From: a virus
Virus record (IMG/VR): IMGVR_UViG_3300027754_005993
Coordinates: 1 to 64,000 of that record
Length of the DNA stretch: 64,000 nucleotides
Strand: one strand, 5' to 3'
A model generated the notes under the pieces. The model was not told where the DNA came from and made no database searches. It saw only the letters and a program-made list of their open reading frames with translations. Position 1 is the first letter of the stretch. Each line of letters begins with the position of its first letter. Made by a program: the position numbers and the translations under genes. Below, in pieces: positions 35,634-47,500 of the stretch.

Positions 35634-37399
35634 TGGCAACAAATAGCAATACACCAACAACACTTGGAAGTCTTGAGTTTTCCGAGATTAAGAGAAATCT
35701 AACAAGTTATTTGAAGAACCAATCTGTATTTTCTGGATATAATTTTGAAGGAAGTGCGTTACAGTCTGTAATTGATTTATTGGCATATAATACTTTTTAT
35801 TATGCGTATTACGCCAATATGATTAATGCGGAAGCATTTTTAGACAGTGCTCAAAAAGAAGATTCTATAATTTCTCTTTGTAAGCCTCTCGGATATACAG
35901 TTCCTGCTAGAACTTCCTCACGCGCATCTATACTTGTTTCTGGATTGTCTGGAGTAAATACAATTGCATCAGGAACTGTATTCCGTTCTTCAGATTCTAA
36001 TGGAACTTCATATAACTTCTACACCTTAGAGGATATTCCAGTAGTAGATGGTCTTGCTTCTGCTTTTAATGTTTATGAAGGAATAAATTATATTTCATTT
36101 GATGCTCTTCCAAATTTTGACTATGAAAATCAAAAAATAGCAATTGCTGCTACAACTGTAGATCTTGATACTGTTCAAGTTACAACAACAGATGATGCGG
36201 GAGATGTTCGGGTCTGGAGCAAAGTAGGAAATATTGGATATACTTCCAGAATAGATGAAAATATCTACTTTATAGAAAGAACAAGTACTGGATTTGCGAT
36301 TCTATTTGGATCTGTGAATTCAGTTGGAAAATCAATAGATTCTACCATAGAAAAATTAAATGTTCGTTACTTGACCTGTAATGGTTCTGCTCCGAATAGT
36401 CTTTCTGCATTTTCTTCACCAACACTCAATGGTGTTGTTCAAGCGGTAAGTCAATCTTTTGGTGGTAAATCAAATCCAGATCTTGATGAAGTTCGTTTTA
36501 TTGCTCCAAAATGGTTTGCTGCTCAAGAACGAGCAGTCACAGTCAATGACTATAAAGCATTGCTTCTGCAATCTGGTTATTTTCAATCTGATCAACAATT
36601 TAATGTATTTGGTGGTCAAGATCTGATACCACCAAAATATGGAAGAGTATTTGTTAGCGCAAATCTACAAGTTGGAAATGAAGGCGATGACGCAAAAATA
36701 AGAGACATTATGAATTTTCTCAAGGATCGTAGCGTAATTACAATCTTCCCTGAATATGTAATAACTGAAGCATTAAATGTATATACTGATTTTTTCTTTG
36801 GATTGGGACCAAGTACAACAAACGACGCAAAGACACGAACCAGTTTATTGGGATCGGTTAAATCTTTATTCAAAGCAAATTACAGTGTAACTGGAAAATT
36901 CAATGTTTCATTTAGTGCATCCGATTTCATCTCTTTATTGAGAGGAAACTCAAGTACAGATATAAGCACCATTATTATTTCTCCTGATAATTTTACAAAT
37001 TATGTCAGAGAGACTTTAGTTGCAGATAAAGAATATCTGTTTAACTTGGGAAATGAATTATATCTTCAACCATTTACTTCGGTGAATATCACGGAACCAT
37101 TTGATACAGCACTGAACGCAGTTGGAACTAAATCCGTGCTAAGAATGTCAGTAAGTTCAAATTCATCCAAAAACAATAAAACAAATCTTCAGTTATATCA
37201 CATAAATCAAACAACTGGAGAAGAAACTTTTGTTCCTGGAGATTATGGATATTTTATAGCAAACCAAGGTGTTATATCAATCAATAAAGGTTTGATATCA
37301 ACAACAGCAATAATGAATGTTGTATTCGCGAAAAAGAGTTTTAATATAAAGTTCAATAACTTAGTAACTTTTGATTATAATACGGTAGCAATAGTCTAA
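35633..37399 (+). CDS. gp6: Baseplate wedge gp6
   Basis: LEFSEIK..L..YL..Q..F..YNFEGS...DLLAYNT.Y, AQERAVTVNDY, PPKYGRVF. Confidence 0.93.
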   Translation: MATNSNTPTTLGSLEFSEIKRNLTSYLKNQSVFSGYNFEGSALQSVIDLLAYNTFYYAYYANMINAEAFLDSAQKEDSIISLCKPLGYTVPARTSSRASILVSGLSGVNTIASGTVFRSSDSNGTSYNFYTLEDIPVVDGLASAFNVYEGINYISFDALPNFDYENQKIAIAATTVDLDTVQVTTTDDAGDVRVWSKVGNIGYTSRIDENIYFIERTSTGFAILFGSVNSVGKSIDSTIEKLNVRYLTCNGSAPNSLSAFSSPTLNGVVQAVSQSFGGKSNPDLDEVRFIAPKWFAAQERAVTVNDYKALLLQSGYFQSDQQFNVFGGQDLIPPKYGRVFVSANLQVGNEGDDAKIRDIMNFLKDRSVITIFPEYVITEALNVYTDFFFGLGPSTTNDAKTRTSLLGSVKSLFKANYSVTGKFNVSFSASDFISLLRGNSSTDISTIIISPDNFTNYVRETLVADKEYLFNLGNELYLQPFTSVNITEPFDTALNAVGTKSVLRMSVSSNSSKNNKTNLQLYHINQTTGEETFVPGDYGYFIANQGVISINKGLISTTAIMNVVFAKKSFNIKFNNLVTFDYNTVAIV

Positions 37400-38538
37400 T
37401 GTTATCATCTTCACTAAACAAAAAAGTAGTAACTGTAGATAATAGTCTTGCTAGATTGTATGACACAATCAGTGAACTAAATTCTACTTTATTTAATAGT
37501 GTTTGTCCAACGAATCATGATATAACTAATCAAATACCATTGTGGGTTATATTTGAAAAGGAAGATAGAATATCTAATGGCAATAGTGGATTAAATCTCT
37601 ATGATTTCCTTCAAAAATATTATGATTGGTTATATTGTGATGAAACTGCTGGAGCACAATATGAATTGTCCAAAAGATTATTAGATATAGTTGATGTTGA
37701 AAAAACTAGAAGTAAGTTTCTAGAGCGTTTAGCAGGTATATACGCAACTGGATTTGATGTAAATTCTCTAGAATCGTATGGTGGTCTGGTTCGCGAAGAA
37801 AACTTAAGAAAATTCATAAAAGGAATCAGAAGAACATTCTATCACAAGAAAACGACTGAAGATGGTATTCGTTATTTCTTTCAGACTCTATATGGAGTTG
37901 ATGAAGAAGACATACAGATACAGGTTCCAAAAGAATTTATACTCAGACTGAATGGTGGAAAATTCTCAGATCCTAATTTCCTTTTCTCTGGTCAAACTGG
38001 AGGGTATACTGCTACAAATGCCTTAAGTGGAAGTTATCTCAATGGATCGCGATTACAGGATGGAAATTGGATTCAGGATTGGTCATATCTGCTGAAGGTT
38101 GGAATTTCTTCCTCCAAGTATAAACAAAACTATCTTGATATCGCACATCCTGCTGGATTGAAAGTAGTTTTTGAAAAAACACTCGCAGATTATCAAGGCC
38201 CAACATTTGACGATACTGTTGCTACAATTTGCGATTCTGCGTATCTTAGAAATTATACTCCATATGGAATTTCTTTCAATTATTCCTCATCTGGAGCAAC
38301 ATCATCAAATACTTACTGGTCTACTGTCTCTGGATTGACACTCATAGGTCTTGCTAGAAATACGGGTTGCTGTGGGGCAAGTTATTCTGGGTTCACTGGA
38401 ACTACCCATGTATTTCCAAACTGGTCTGGGCAATATTCTACAAGTAATTTTAAGGACATATATATCAGCACAATGTTTGAATTGTGCTATCCGACAGAAT
38501 CTGGAGGATCTCCGAATTCTGGGTATGTTTGTATTTAA
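37399..38538 (+). CDS. Baseplate wedge gp7-like
   Basis: FLQKYYDWL, FYHKKTTEDGIRYFF..LYG, LQDG..IQDWSY, HPAGLKV. Confidence 0.75.
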   Translation: MLSSSLNKKVVTVDNSLARLYDTISELNSTLFNSVCPTNHDITNQIPLWVIFEKEDRISNGNSGLNLYDFLQKYYDWLYCDETAGAQYELSKRLLDIVDVEKTRSKFLERLAGIYATGFDVNSLESYGGLVREENLRKFIKGIRRTFYHKKTTEDGIRYFFQTLYGVDEEDIQIQVPKEFILRLNGGKFSDPNFLFSGQTGGYTATNALSGSYLNGSRLQDGNWIQDWSYLLKVGISSSKYKQNYLDIAHPAGLKVVFEKTLADYQGPTFDDTVATICDSAYLRNYTPYGISFNYSSSGATSSNTYWSTVSGLTLIGLARNTGCCGASYSGFTGTTHVFPNWSGQYSTSNFKDIYISTMFELCYPTESGGSPNSGYVCI

Positions 38539-38550
38539 TTAGGAATTAAA

Positions 38551-40305
38551 ATGAGCACTAAAAGCATAAATGTTAAAAACTTTGTAAAAGACGCTGGAGT
38601 AAAGAACCAACTCTTTGTCTTTGCTGGATATAATCCAAATGTTGCAATTTCTGAAACAAATCAAAGTTCTATTGATATTTGGAATTATTCTGATTTTTCT
38701 GTTCGTATTGGTAAACCAAATATAATGCCCGTTGTGCCAAATGTAAAATGGAATCAATCAAAACCATATACGCCATGGTCATCAGTCACCCCAAACTCTG
38801 GCAATTTTTATGCTCTAAATGAACAAAATGGATATGTTTATCTGTGTGTCAGTGATAATTTAGCAAATCGTACAGATCATAATGGAACTATGGTTTCTAA
38901 TATAAGACCAACTCACTCAGCAGGAATTGAAAGATATTCTGATGGATTTGCTTGGAAACCATTATATAAGATCACTCCTTCTTTGGAAAAATTTGTATCA
39001 AATTCGTGGTTGCCAGTTGTGTCTTTTGAATTTTTTGATTCATCAACTCAGGAAACATTTGGAAGATTGACAAAGGCATTTTGCAGTCCTGCTACACCTA
39101 GCAATATAGGTCAATGCGCTTTATATGCGAAGATCGCTTTAAATCAAGATGACGATACAACAGTCACGGAATATGAAAAGGGAGACTTATTTTGTACGGC
39201 AAACGATTTGTCATGTTCGCAATGTTATTATTTAACGGTAAATGACGATAAATATGAATCTGTATACTACGAAGATGGCGAAACAGTCCCACAAACGAAA
39301 CAAATACTTGATAATTATGATTTAATTTCATCGTATATTGATACGGGGGAAATAAGTCCATCTTCTCCTTATTATTATTTGTATCAAATAAATGCTAATG
39401 ATAATTTAAATGAAGGTGGTGTTGTATCTGCCTTCATTGATCTTTCTGGATTCAGTACATCTCAATTGATTACATCATCTTCAAATCCAGAATTTACAAT
39501 TACTAGTAATAGTGGGTATGGCGCACGCATTAGATTACTCACCACCATCAATAATAATTCATATATCATATCTGGAATTGAAGTATTGGAAGGTGGATCT
39601 TACTATAAAGATATTACTTTAGAAATGGATCCAAATAGCATTTCAATTGATTCTGATATGTTGGTTTCTGCTATACAAGTTAATCTAGACGCAATAGATG
39701 GTTTAGGATTTGATCCAGTTGATGTATTGAATGCACAGCATGTAATGGTAGATGCTAGAATAGAAAAGAAAACAATAAATGATACAACAAGTATTATACT
39801 TCCAGATAAATTGAATTTTTTTGGTCTTGTTCAAAATCCATCATCTACAGTTGGAACAAATATAATCACATCTGGATCTAATAAAAATCAAAAGTTAGAT
39901 ATTGTCTACAGAACAACTATATTGGCAGAAGTATCTACAGACACATTAAATTCCCTTCCAACAACAGATAACATATACAACACACAGGGAGTAAATTCAA
40001 CAAATTCCAGTGTAACCTCAAGTACAACAAATGGTGTTTTTATTGGTGGTGTAGGAAATATAGGTGAAGGTGGAGCGGCATCTTTTTATATTGCAAGTGA
40101 ATTAAAAAATGTAGCATATGCTAAAGCAAATTCATTGGTTGGAGTCACACTGGCAAATAATGTAACTATTACGGCAGTATACCAACAACCAGAATTTATT
40201 CAATATACTGGTAAAGTTCTGTCAGTTAAGAAACTAAATACAGATCTGCCAATAAGTGATGTGGATTCTGTAATTATTCGTATAAATATGATAAAGGGAA
40301 TGTAA
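38551..40305 (+). CDS. gp8: Baseplate wedge gp8
   Basis: YVYLCVSDN, PTH...DGFAWKPLY, WLPV, GLVQNP; synteny. Confidence 0.75.
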   Translation: MSTKSINVKNFVKDAGVKNQLFVFAGYNPNVAISETNQSSIDIWNYSDFSVRIGKPNIMPVVPNVKWNQSKPYTPWSSVTPNSGNFYALNEQNGYVYLCVSDNLANRTDHNGTMVSNIRPTHSAGIERYSDGFAWKPLYKITPSLEKFVSNSWLPVVSFEFFDSSTQETFGRLTKAFCSPATPSNIGQCALYAKIALNQDDDTTVTEYEKGDLFCTANDLSCSQCYYLTVNDDKYESVYYEDGETVPQTKQILDNYDLISSYIDTGEISPSSPYYYLYQINANDNLNEGGVVSAFIDLSGFSTSQLITSSSNPEFTITSNSGYGARIRLLTTINNNSYIISGIEVLEGGSYYKDITLEMDPNSISIDSDMLVSAIQVNLDAIDGLGFDPVDVLNAQHVMVDARIEKKTINDTTSIILPDKLNFFGLVQNPSSTVGTNIITSGSNKNQKLDIVYRTTILAEVSTDTLNSLPTTDNIYNTQGVNSTNSSVTSSTTNGVFIGGVGNIGEGGAASFYIASELKNVAYAKANSLVGVTLANNVTITAVYQQPEFIQYTGKVLSVKKLNTDLPISDVDSVIIRINMIKGM

Positions 40306-40306
40306 C

Positions 40307-41041
40307 ATGCCACAAAGTCCTCTAGGTTCAGATTTACCCCTAAGCGGTTCACCATACCACAGTAGAGTATCTTCACACTATGGAAGTGAAGATAAGAATT
40401 ACTATATGGTGGCATTTACCCCTGGATATGCTTTACAAGCATCAGAACTTAATGAATTTCAAGAATTATTCTTTTTGAATCAAAGTCTAACGCAAAGAAT
40501 GAATAGTAATTGGTCAGCAACTGCTTACAGTACTCCATTTTGGGAAGGGTTGATTCCACTACAATCAAATGGATGTACAGCATCTACTCCAATTATCGCT
40601 GCCGATATAGGCACTAATTTTAATCAGGCAAGCACAAGTGTAACTTTTAATGCTGGTTGGTATCTTTGGACGGAATATTCAAGCAAATTGAGTTTTTGGA
40701 TATATTTAAGTAGTACATTACGAAGAACAGTACAAACTACTGCTGTGGGTGGAGTAGGCACATTTTATATTGGTCTTGATGGATCAACCAATCAAATAAA
40801 TTGCTGTCCATCAGCAGAATGTTCAGATACTCAAGATCCAACACTTAGAGACAATTCTAGAGATGGAAGCACCAGTAATTCTTACTTTACTTGTGGTGCT
40901 GCAAGATTGGGAATAACTTTTGGATCAACTCCAGAAATACGAAATGCGATTGCTTCTAATTTTTATCCAATATTTAAATTTAGCATAAATGGTGCTACGG
41001 CAACAGTCAAATTCATGGACGATCAACAAGTTTCAACCTAA
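40307..41041 (+). CDS. DUF4815-like virion structural protein
   Basis: SPY...KNYYMVAFTPGYALQASELNEFQ. Confidence 0.65.
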   Translation: MPQSPLGSDLPLSGSPYHSRVSSHYGSEDKNYYMVAFTPGYALQASELNEFQELFFLNQSLTQRMNSNWSATAYSTPFWEGLIPLQSNGCTASTPIIAADIGTNFNQASTSVTFNAGWYLWTEYSSKLSFWIYLSSTLRRTVQTTAVGGVGTFYIGLDGSTNQINCCPSAECSDTQDPTLRDNSRDGSTSNSYFTCGAARLGITFGSTPEIRNAIASNFYPIFKFSINGATATVKFMDDQQVST

Positions 41042-41056
41042 GCGGATTAACTACAA

Positions 41057-43447
41057 ATGGCATTTAATACTAGTATTTCAAATTTAACGGGAACTTCTAC
41101 CTTTTACGATTGGTATCAAAAAGAAAATAATGAAATTATTTCAAAATTAAATCTCGCCCAAATTTCAAGTATTACTGGTGGAGATGGTATTCTTGTTGGG
41201 TTAAGCGCATCTAGTGGTCTTGCTACTCTTTCCATTGGTGGAACATCTGGAAATATAGCAGCAGGATTAACTTTTAGTGGTTCAATTTCTTTCTTAGGTG
41301 AAACAGTATTTCCAAATATTTCCTATAAGATTACAGGAGTTACTACGGGAACTTCTGGATATACTTTTGGTAGTGTAGTTAGAATTACATCAACTGGTTA
41401 TACTCTCGCACAGGCAAATGGTGCGGACAGTGCTGAAGTTATAGGTGTGATTTCTTCAATGAAGTCTTCATATTCTGTGGTTTCTCTTTCTGGTAAGATA
41501 GATGGAAACTTTACCACGGTTGCTGGTGGAACTCTATCCCCAGGTTGTGTATATTTCTTGGATGGTCAAACTGCTGGATTCTTGACAACCACAGAACCAA
41601 ATACAATTGGATATGTTTCAAAACCAGTCATGATTGGTATCGGCGAAACAGCAGGAATGATTGTTCAGTATCGTGGAAACTTTTTAAATTCAACATCTTC
41701 TGGATCTGGTCTTTCTGGTTCAAATATCATTTATGTTGCATTTCCAAAAAGTCCAGATCCAAGACTTCTTGGATTTACATTAGGTACTTTCCTCTCATAT
41801 GCTCCACATGTCGCAGGAGCATCTGCATCTGTAAATGGTGCAACATTCTTTAACCAAGTATTAGCAGATACTGGCAGAACTGCATTAAATAAAGGTTGGT
41901 TTATTAGCGGAAGTAAGAACTTTATCAGTAGATTATATACTCCAGGAGCCCCATTCTATAATTTACCATGGGAAGATGATTTTGTTGTTGGAATGATTCA
42001 GGGTATGGTAACAACTGGTAGTGCATTCGTTTATGAAATTGTAACTAAAGGATATTCAACTGTAATTCCTCTTGGAGTTAGTTCACGCAATCCAAACGAT
42101 GGTGTATATTATCTTGCTGGAACCACATATACAGTTGCTGCTCTAGGCGTTACTGGACAACTAACATTAGGTGCTACATCTAGTAATTCTGCATATCAAC
42201 CAGTTTATCAACTTGGTCGTAACTTTACATCTTCAACACGACCTTCAAATTTCTTTGTAGATATTCGTCCACTGATGAATAGTCCAATTACAAGTTCATA
42301 TAGATCCACTGCGGTTCCAGAAACTCTTACCAATGGATCAAATACGACATACAATGGAGATTTCTCTATATGGCAAAGAGATGCTGGAAATAAATCTGGA
42401 GTATATACGACATATGGTGATGTTTACTTTGCCGATGGATGGATTCGTAGACAATCTGGATTTGTATCAACTACTACAAGTTCACAAAATTTACAAAAAC
42501 AAACATTTGCCAAGACAGATACAAGTGTTGAAGGAACTCCGACAAATTATATTGATATTAAATGCTTAGAAAGTCTTGCAAGCACATTAAGCACAACAAC
42601 ATCAAATCCTGTATATTCTATTGGTCATGTTGTTGATGGAATCAATACTTTTAGTAATACTGCAATAACGGTAAGTTTCTATGCCAAGACAGCAGTATTT
42701 GATAACAACTACAAAGTAAATGTGTATTTTGCACGATATGGAAATGGTGCTCTTGTTGAGAAGAATATCATTGGACAGATAACTCCACAATCAAATTGGA
42801 CTAAGCATACACTCAATTATAATGTTCCAGCATATACAGATGTGACAAGTTATTCAAATGATTATGTTGAAATTGGTTTGGATTTGAATCCATTGATTCG
42901 CACTGCGTTTACCAGTTTAGTCGCATCTAGCACAAATGTAACTATTAGTGTTGCTTCAATGTGTGTATATCCAGGAACATTTACTGCTCCTCCACATATG
43001 TTCATGACAACTACAGAGAAATTAAAAGTAGCACAGAAATATTACTACACAACATATTCTGATTCACAGACTGTTGGATCTCAAACAATGTCAAGTCCAA
43101 GTGAACCCGAATTGAATACTTATAGTTTTACAGTACTCCCAAATGCTCAATTTTCTATATTTAAGTTACCAACTAAAATGAGAGCAAATCCAACTGTAAC
43201 TGTATATTCACCATCTAGCGGGACAGCGAATGAAATGTTTAATTATACTTTTGGAAATGACTTAAGAAATGCTGCGGGGTCAAGAGGGTACAATGGATCA
43301 GTTCGTACAGCACCTCTGGGAACACAAACAACATCCACATCATCCGATAATCCCGCAACAAATGTTAGATTGAATGTAAATTCTGGTGCGGTGTTTTACG
43401 ATGTAGTCAATTGTAATTTAGTAGTAGATTCAAGTTATCCAATTTAA
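41057..43447 (+). CDS. Tail fibre/baseplate-attached structural protein
   Basis: TFYDWYQKEN start, LAQA...AEVIG motif, NGDFSIWQR...ADGW domain, KMRANPTVT. Confidence 0.7.
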   Translation: MAFNTSISNLTGTSTFYDWYQKENNEIISKLNLAQISSITGGDGILVGLSASSGLATLSIGGTSGNIAAGLTFSGSISFLGETVFPNISYKITGVTTGTSGYTFGSVVRITSTGYTLAQANGADSAEVIGVISSMKSSYSVVSLSGKIDGNFTTVAGGTLSPGCVYFLDGQTAGFLTTTEPNTIGYVSKPVMIGIGETAGMIVQYRGNFLNSTSSGSGLSGSNIIYVAFPKSPDPRLLGFTLGTFLSYAPHVAGASASVNGATFFNQVLADTGRTALNKGWFISGSKNFISRLYTPGAPFYNLPWEDDFVVGMIQGMVTTGSAFVYEIVTKGYSTVIPLGVSSRNPNDGVYYLAGTTYTVAALGVTGQLTLGATSSNSAYQPVYQLGRNFTSSTRPSNFFVDIRPLMNSPITSSYRSTAVPETLTNGSNTTYNGDFSIWQRDAGNKSGVYTTYGDVYFADGWIRRQSGFVSTTTSSQNLQKQTFAKTDTSVEGTPTNYIDIKCLESLASTLSTTTSNPVYSIGHVVDGINTFSNTAITVSFYAKTAVFDNNYKVNVYFARYGNGALVEKNIIGQITPQSNWTKHTLNYNVPAYTDVTSYSNDYVEIGLDLNPLIRTAFTSLVASSTNVTISVASMCVYPGTFTAPPHMFMTTTEKLKVAQKYYYTTYSDSQTVGSQTMSSPSEPELNTYSFTVLPNAQFSIFKLPTKMRANPTVTVYSPSSGTANEMFNYTFGNDLRNAAGSRGYNGSVRTAPLGTQTTSTSSDNPATNVRLNVNSGAVFYDVVNCNLVVDSSYPI

Positions 43448-43458
43448 TGGAGAAATAA

Positions 43459-44583
43459 ATGGCAAGTTGTAGCAACAGTTCAAATATCCAATCGTCATTG
43501 ACTTCCCTAAGTGTTGTTCAGGGGGGATCGCGACTAGTTACTGACATCACACGAATTTCTGGTCTTACAATTGGAAATGTGATTCGTTATGATGTTGCAA
43601 CTACTGGGTTTACTGCTTCTAAGGCGAATGATGCTCCAAGTTCAGAAGTATTTGGTGTAATTGAATCTCAGAATGTTTCCACAAATACATTTAGTGTTGT
43701 CATATATGGTTCAATTAATCTTGGAGCATCTTATCTCGCAGATATGGGAAGCGGTGGGGGATCTGGTGGAAATGACATTTACTTCGTAAGTGGAATTACT
43801 GCTGGAACTCTTCAAAATCTTGCACCCACAAGTTTGAATCATATAATCAAACCAGTATATCAAGCAGCACCACATGGATCATTTTCTGGAATTGTAATGA
43901 ATTATCTTGGATATAAGATAGGTGGAGATATAGAATCTGTTCTTGAAGATACAGAATTGGGAAATATTCTAATAGTTCTTGGCACAAATGAATTTACAGA
44001 AGGTTATGTTGATGCTTCAATTTCACACGAACTTGCAATAGCAGATTATGGCGAGTTTTATTCTAAATTTGGAACACAATACGGATATGTTGAAAAGATA
44101 GTTGTTAATGAAGCTATAGGTGGTACTATACAAGTTGGAATGAAAGCAAGACAACCATCATCTGGATATGTGGGAACTATTGTAAGAACAGATAGTGCAA
44201 ATGCAACTTTATATCTTTATAAATCACCAACTTCAAGTCTAGCAAGCACTTCTAAAAATTTGATTGTTGATACAAGCAGTAATACAACTCAGACATTCAC
44301 TATCGTTTCTACAGAGATATATGCTGTACAATCGCCAGTGATTACTTTATCACAACCGTTGAATATTAGTGGTAAAGATGGAACAAATGTTGTAACCCAA
44401 AAGGTAAATACTGCAATAAAGGTAAAACCCCAGGGAATAAAAGTAAATGTTCCAAGGTCAGTGACAGTCACATCTTTAACGGCATCTAATATTGCTCTTG
44501 GCATTACATGGGCAGATGTTGGAACTACATTAACAAGTTATGATACAAGATTAAGAGCACTTGAGGCAATAGTTAAACCATAA
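43459..44583 (+). CDS. Virion structural protein
   Basis: GNVIRYD...SKAN...SEVFGVIE motif paralogous to the previous gene; C-terminal RLRALE coil. Confidence 0.7.
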   Translation: MASCSNSSNIQSSLTSLSVVQGGSRLVTDITRISGLTIGNVIRYDVATTGFTASKANDAPSSEVFGVIESQNVSTNTFSVVIYGSINLGASYLADMGSGGGSGGNDIYFVSGITAGTLQNLAPTSLNHIIKPVYQAAPHGSFSGIVMNYLGYKIGGDIESVLEDTELGNILIVLGTNEFTEGYVDASISHELAIADYGEFYSKFGTQYGYVEKIVVNEAIGGTIQVGMKARQPSSGYVGTIVRTDSANATLYLYKSPTSSLASTSKNLIVDTSSNTTQTFTIVSTEIYAVQSPVITLSQPLNISGKDGTNVVTQKVNTAIKVKPQGIKVNVPRSVTVTSLTASNIALGITWADVGTTLTSYDTRLRALEAIVKP

Positions 44584-47500
44584 TGTTTTACGGAAGCAGT
44601 CCATATCTTCAACGAAAACTTCTAGGAATTCTTGGAGCAACTGGTGCTACTGGAGCAACTGGTGCTACTGGCGCAACTGGTGCTACTGGTTCTCAAGGAT
44701 CAATTGGAAATACTGGTCCTGGTTTAACAGGAATGACTTATTCAAACGGAGCAATAATCCACACATATACTGATGGATCAAGCATTAGTGTTGAATCTCC
44801 AAATGGAATACAAGGATCTGATGGTGATTATTATATCTTTGCTGATGGTGAGAATATTGTAGCAGGAACTCCAGGAATATTTTCTGGATTATCTTTGAAT
44901 ACATCTCTACCTCAAGATAGAGATGGTATCTTCACAATATCAAGATTGAATATTCGTGGAATAACAACAAGTTCACAAAATAGTAATCTTACATTAATTG
45001 GAATTAGTAGTTCTGTAGAATCCAGGATGATAAATGTTCAATATAATTTATCAGGTCTTCCATATCTTGGATTGTGTGGTGGATCGGAAGGACAACTGGT
45101 TGTATTTCAGAGTGGAACCAGATTTGTTGGATTGACTGGCACAAAGTATAATATAGATGCAAAAACGGTTGACCTACAATCTCTAAATTATGGAGAAAGA
45201 GTTCAATTTGTAAGACCAATACTAAAAACATTATCCTCAACAACAGGAACAGATCAAAGGTATTTCTACTGGCCAATAGATTGCCAAAATGCCAATACAT
45301 TTGTTTTAAATTCGTTTCAAGATCAACTTATAGTTGGAACTAAAACAGTTGCTCAGGTAGTTTTAATTAAGAATCCACCAACTGCTAATATAGCAAAAGC
45401 AATCACTATAGTTGTACCATCAGGAATCACTGGTGGATTGGTAACTAAATTTGCTGTTGCCGATGATGTATCTGGATTTACACTAAACGATGCCGATTTC
45501 TCTGTATCTTGGCCATTGACATATCCTCCATGCTTCACTAGTGGAATAGATGTGATAAATTCTGTACATTTTGATGGAATTTGGTATTCTAATTATGGAC
45601 TATACAATTCAGGAACAAGTTCTGTTTCATGGAATACATCATATAGCGATTGCCCAGGATCATATAATATACCAGATCCAGACTATCCAGCCTATGATCC
45701 AGTTGGTCTTTGCTGTGTTGGTTGTAGTGGTGCATCCGCTTCATTTGTTGGCACACAATCATCTTGTCAATTGTTAATATCTCAAGGATTGGCACAATTC
45801 TTTGAAGGAAAAGATGGAACATATAGTGGATGCACATTCAATGATGCTCCTGTTGGAATTTGTTGTTATAAAAATGGAAATAATTCCACAATCAAACATC
45901 CAAATCTACTTAGATTGTGTGATTGTTTAAGACTGTCTAGAAATTCAAATGAACAACCATGGTCATATTGGCAACAAATAGATAGTTGTTGCAAGAATAT
46001 AAATTGTGTAGATTGTGATGCTGCGTTTAACGATACTGGTGCTTGCTGCAATGGTGTTGGTGGATGTGAAAACAATACATCTCGCGCTTCGTGTGCTGAC
46101 AGTGGAAAATATTGGCAAGGAAAAGGAACAGTGTGTCAATATTTTCCACCTAATCCACCAGATTTTCCTGCACCTATAGAGATCTGTAAAACAGGAACTG
46201 CTGGGTGTTGTGTGACAGGAACATGCTCAGATGTTTCTAGACAATCTTCTTGCTCTGGATTATATTATGGATGTGGTCATACATGCGGATCATTTGATTG
46301 CGTGGATAATCCACAAGTTATATGTCCTTCATGTCTTGATTCAAATCAAATATTCCAAGTTAAAAAATATAATTCTACTGGCAGTTTTATTGGATTTACT
46401 GAAGTCAAAATTGGTGATTTCTTTGCAGGTGGAATTGTTGCTGGTGTATTTAGTCCAAATGGAGCAACATGCTTAGGAAATAGATCTGCATTTGGTGGAT
46501 TGTATGATGGATTACCTCTTGGTTCTTATACCGATGATGCGCTTAGAAATTCAATCACTGGACCATTAGTATTTAATGAATTAAATTCTGGAACTGAAAA
46601 AACATCAAGCGCATATAGAAGTGTGTATGATCCAATGGGATATGGATTTACTTTGCCAGAAGCACATCAATCCAACTGCGATTCATGGTTAATGATTGTT
46701 TCTCCGTGGCCTGCTAGAATACGAGAAGATTGGGATATAACTACTCATCAATTCACAGCAACACCATTTGTAGATTCTACTGTTTCACCAGATACAAGTA
46801 TATTGCCAGCTGCAGACTTCGTACTAAATGAAATTGGCGAAAATCTAGTATACTCCAGAATAATTAATTTATTCACATGGAGTCATGGTGGAACATCACA
46901 TTGCTTCACACTCGATGATAATTTAAATTCAATTTTTGATGGACAAGTATTATCTGAATCATGTGCATTCATTGGAACAGGGATTCGATCCGATGGTGCA
47001 TATGGAACATTGCCTATACTAAAAAATGGAACTATGGGCAATACTTATTGGGGAAATGCTACAAGTTTTGATACATGTCCAGATGTAAATCTGTGTGTTG
47101 ATTGTGAAGATTCCCCATTAGCAAGAACTAGTTTAGGAAGACCTTTCATATTTACCAGAAATACTGGATGGTGGTCAAGAAATTGGGGTCTATACAATTC
47201 TTGTAGATTGTTCGGTTCTGATGTTGCTGAATATTATCTCAGATCTGGAAATGGTATTGGTGGGCCACAATTTGCCAATCTTAAAACAATATTTGGTGCT
47301 ACAGGATATGCTGGATTTACAGCAAATTTCTTTCATACAGGAACACCTACAGCAAAGACAACTATTGCTGAAGGAACTAGCGTATATAACAGATATTATT
47401 ATTCTTCAGAACAAATGAAATCTGAAGGATATCCACAAGTATCAAGATGGTATGTTCCCAGCATAGACGAACTTTCATTCTTAGCAAAACAATGCGTAGA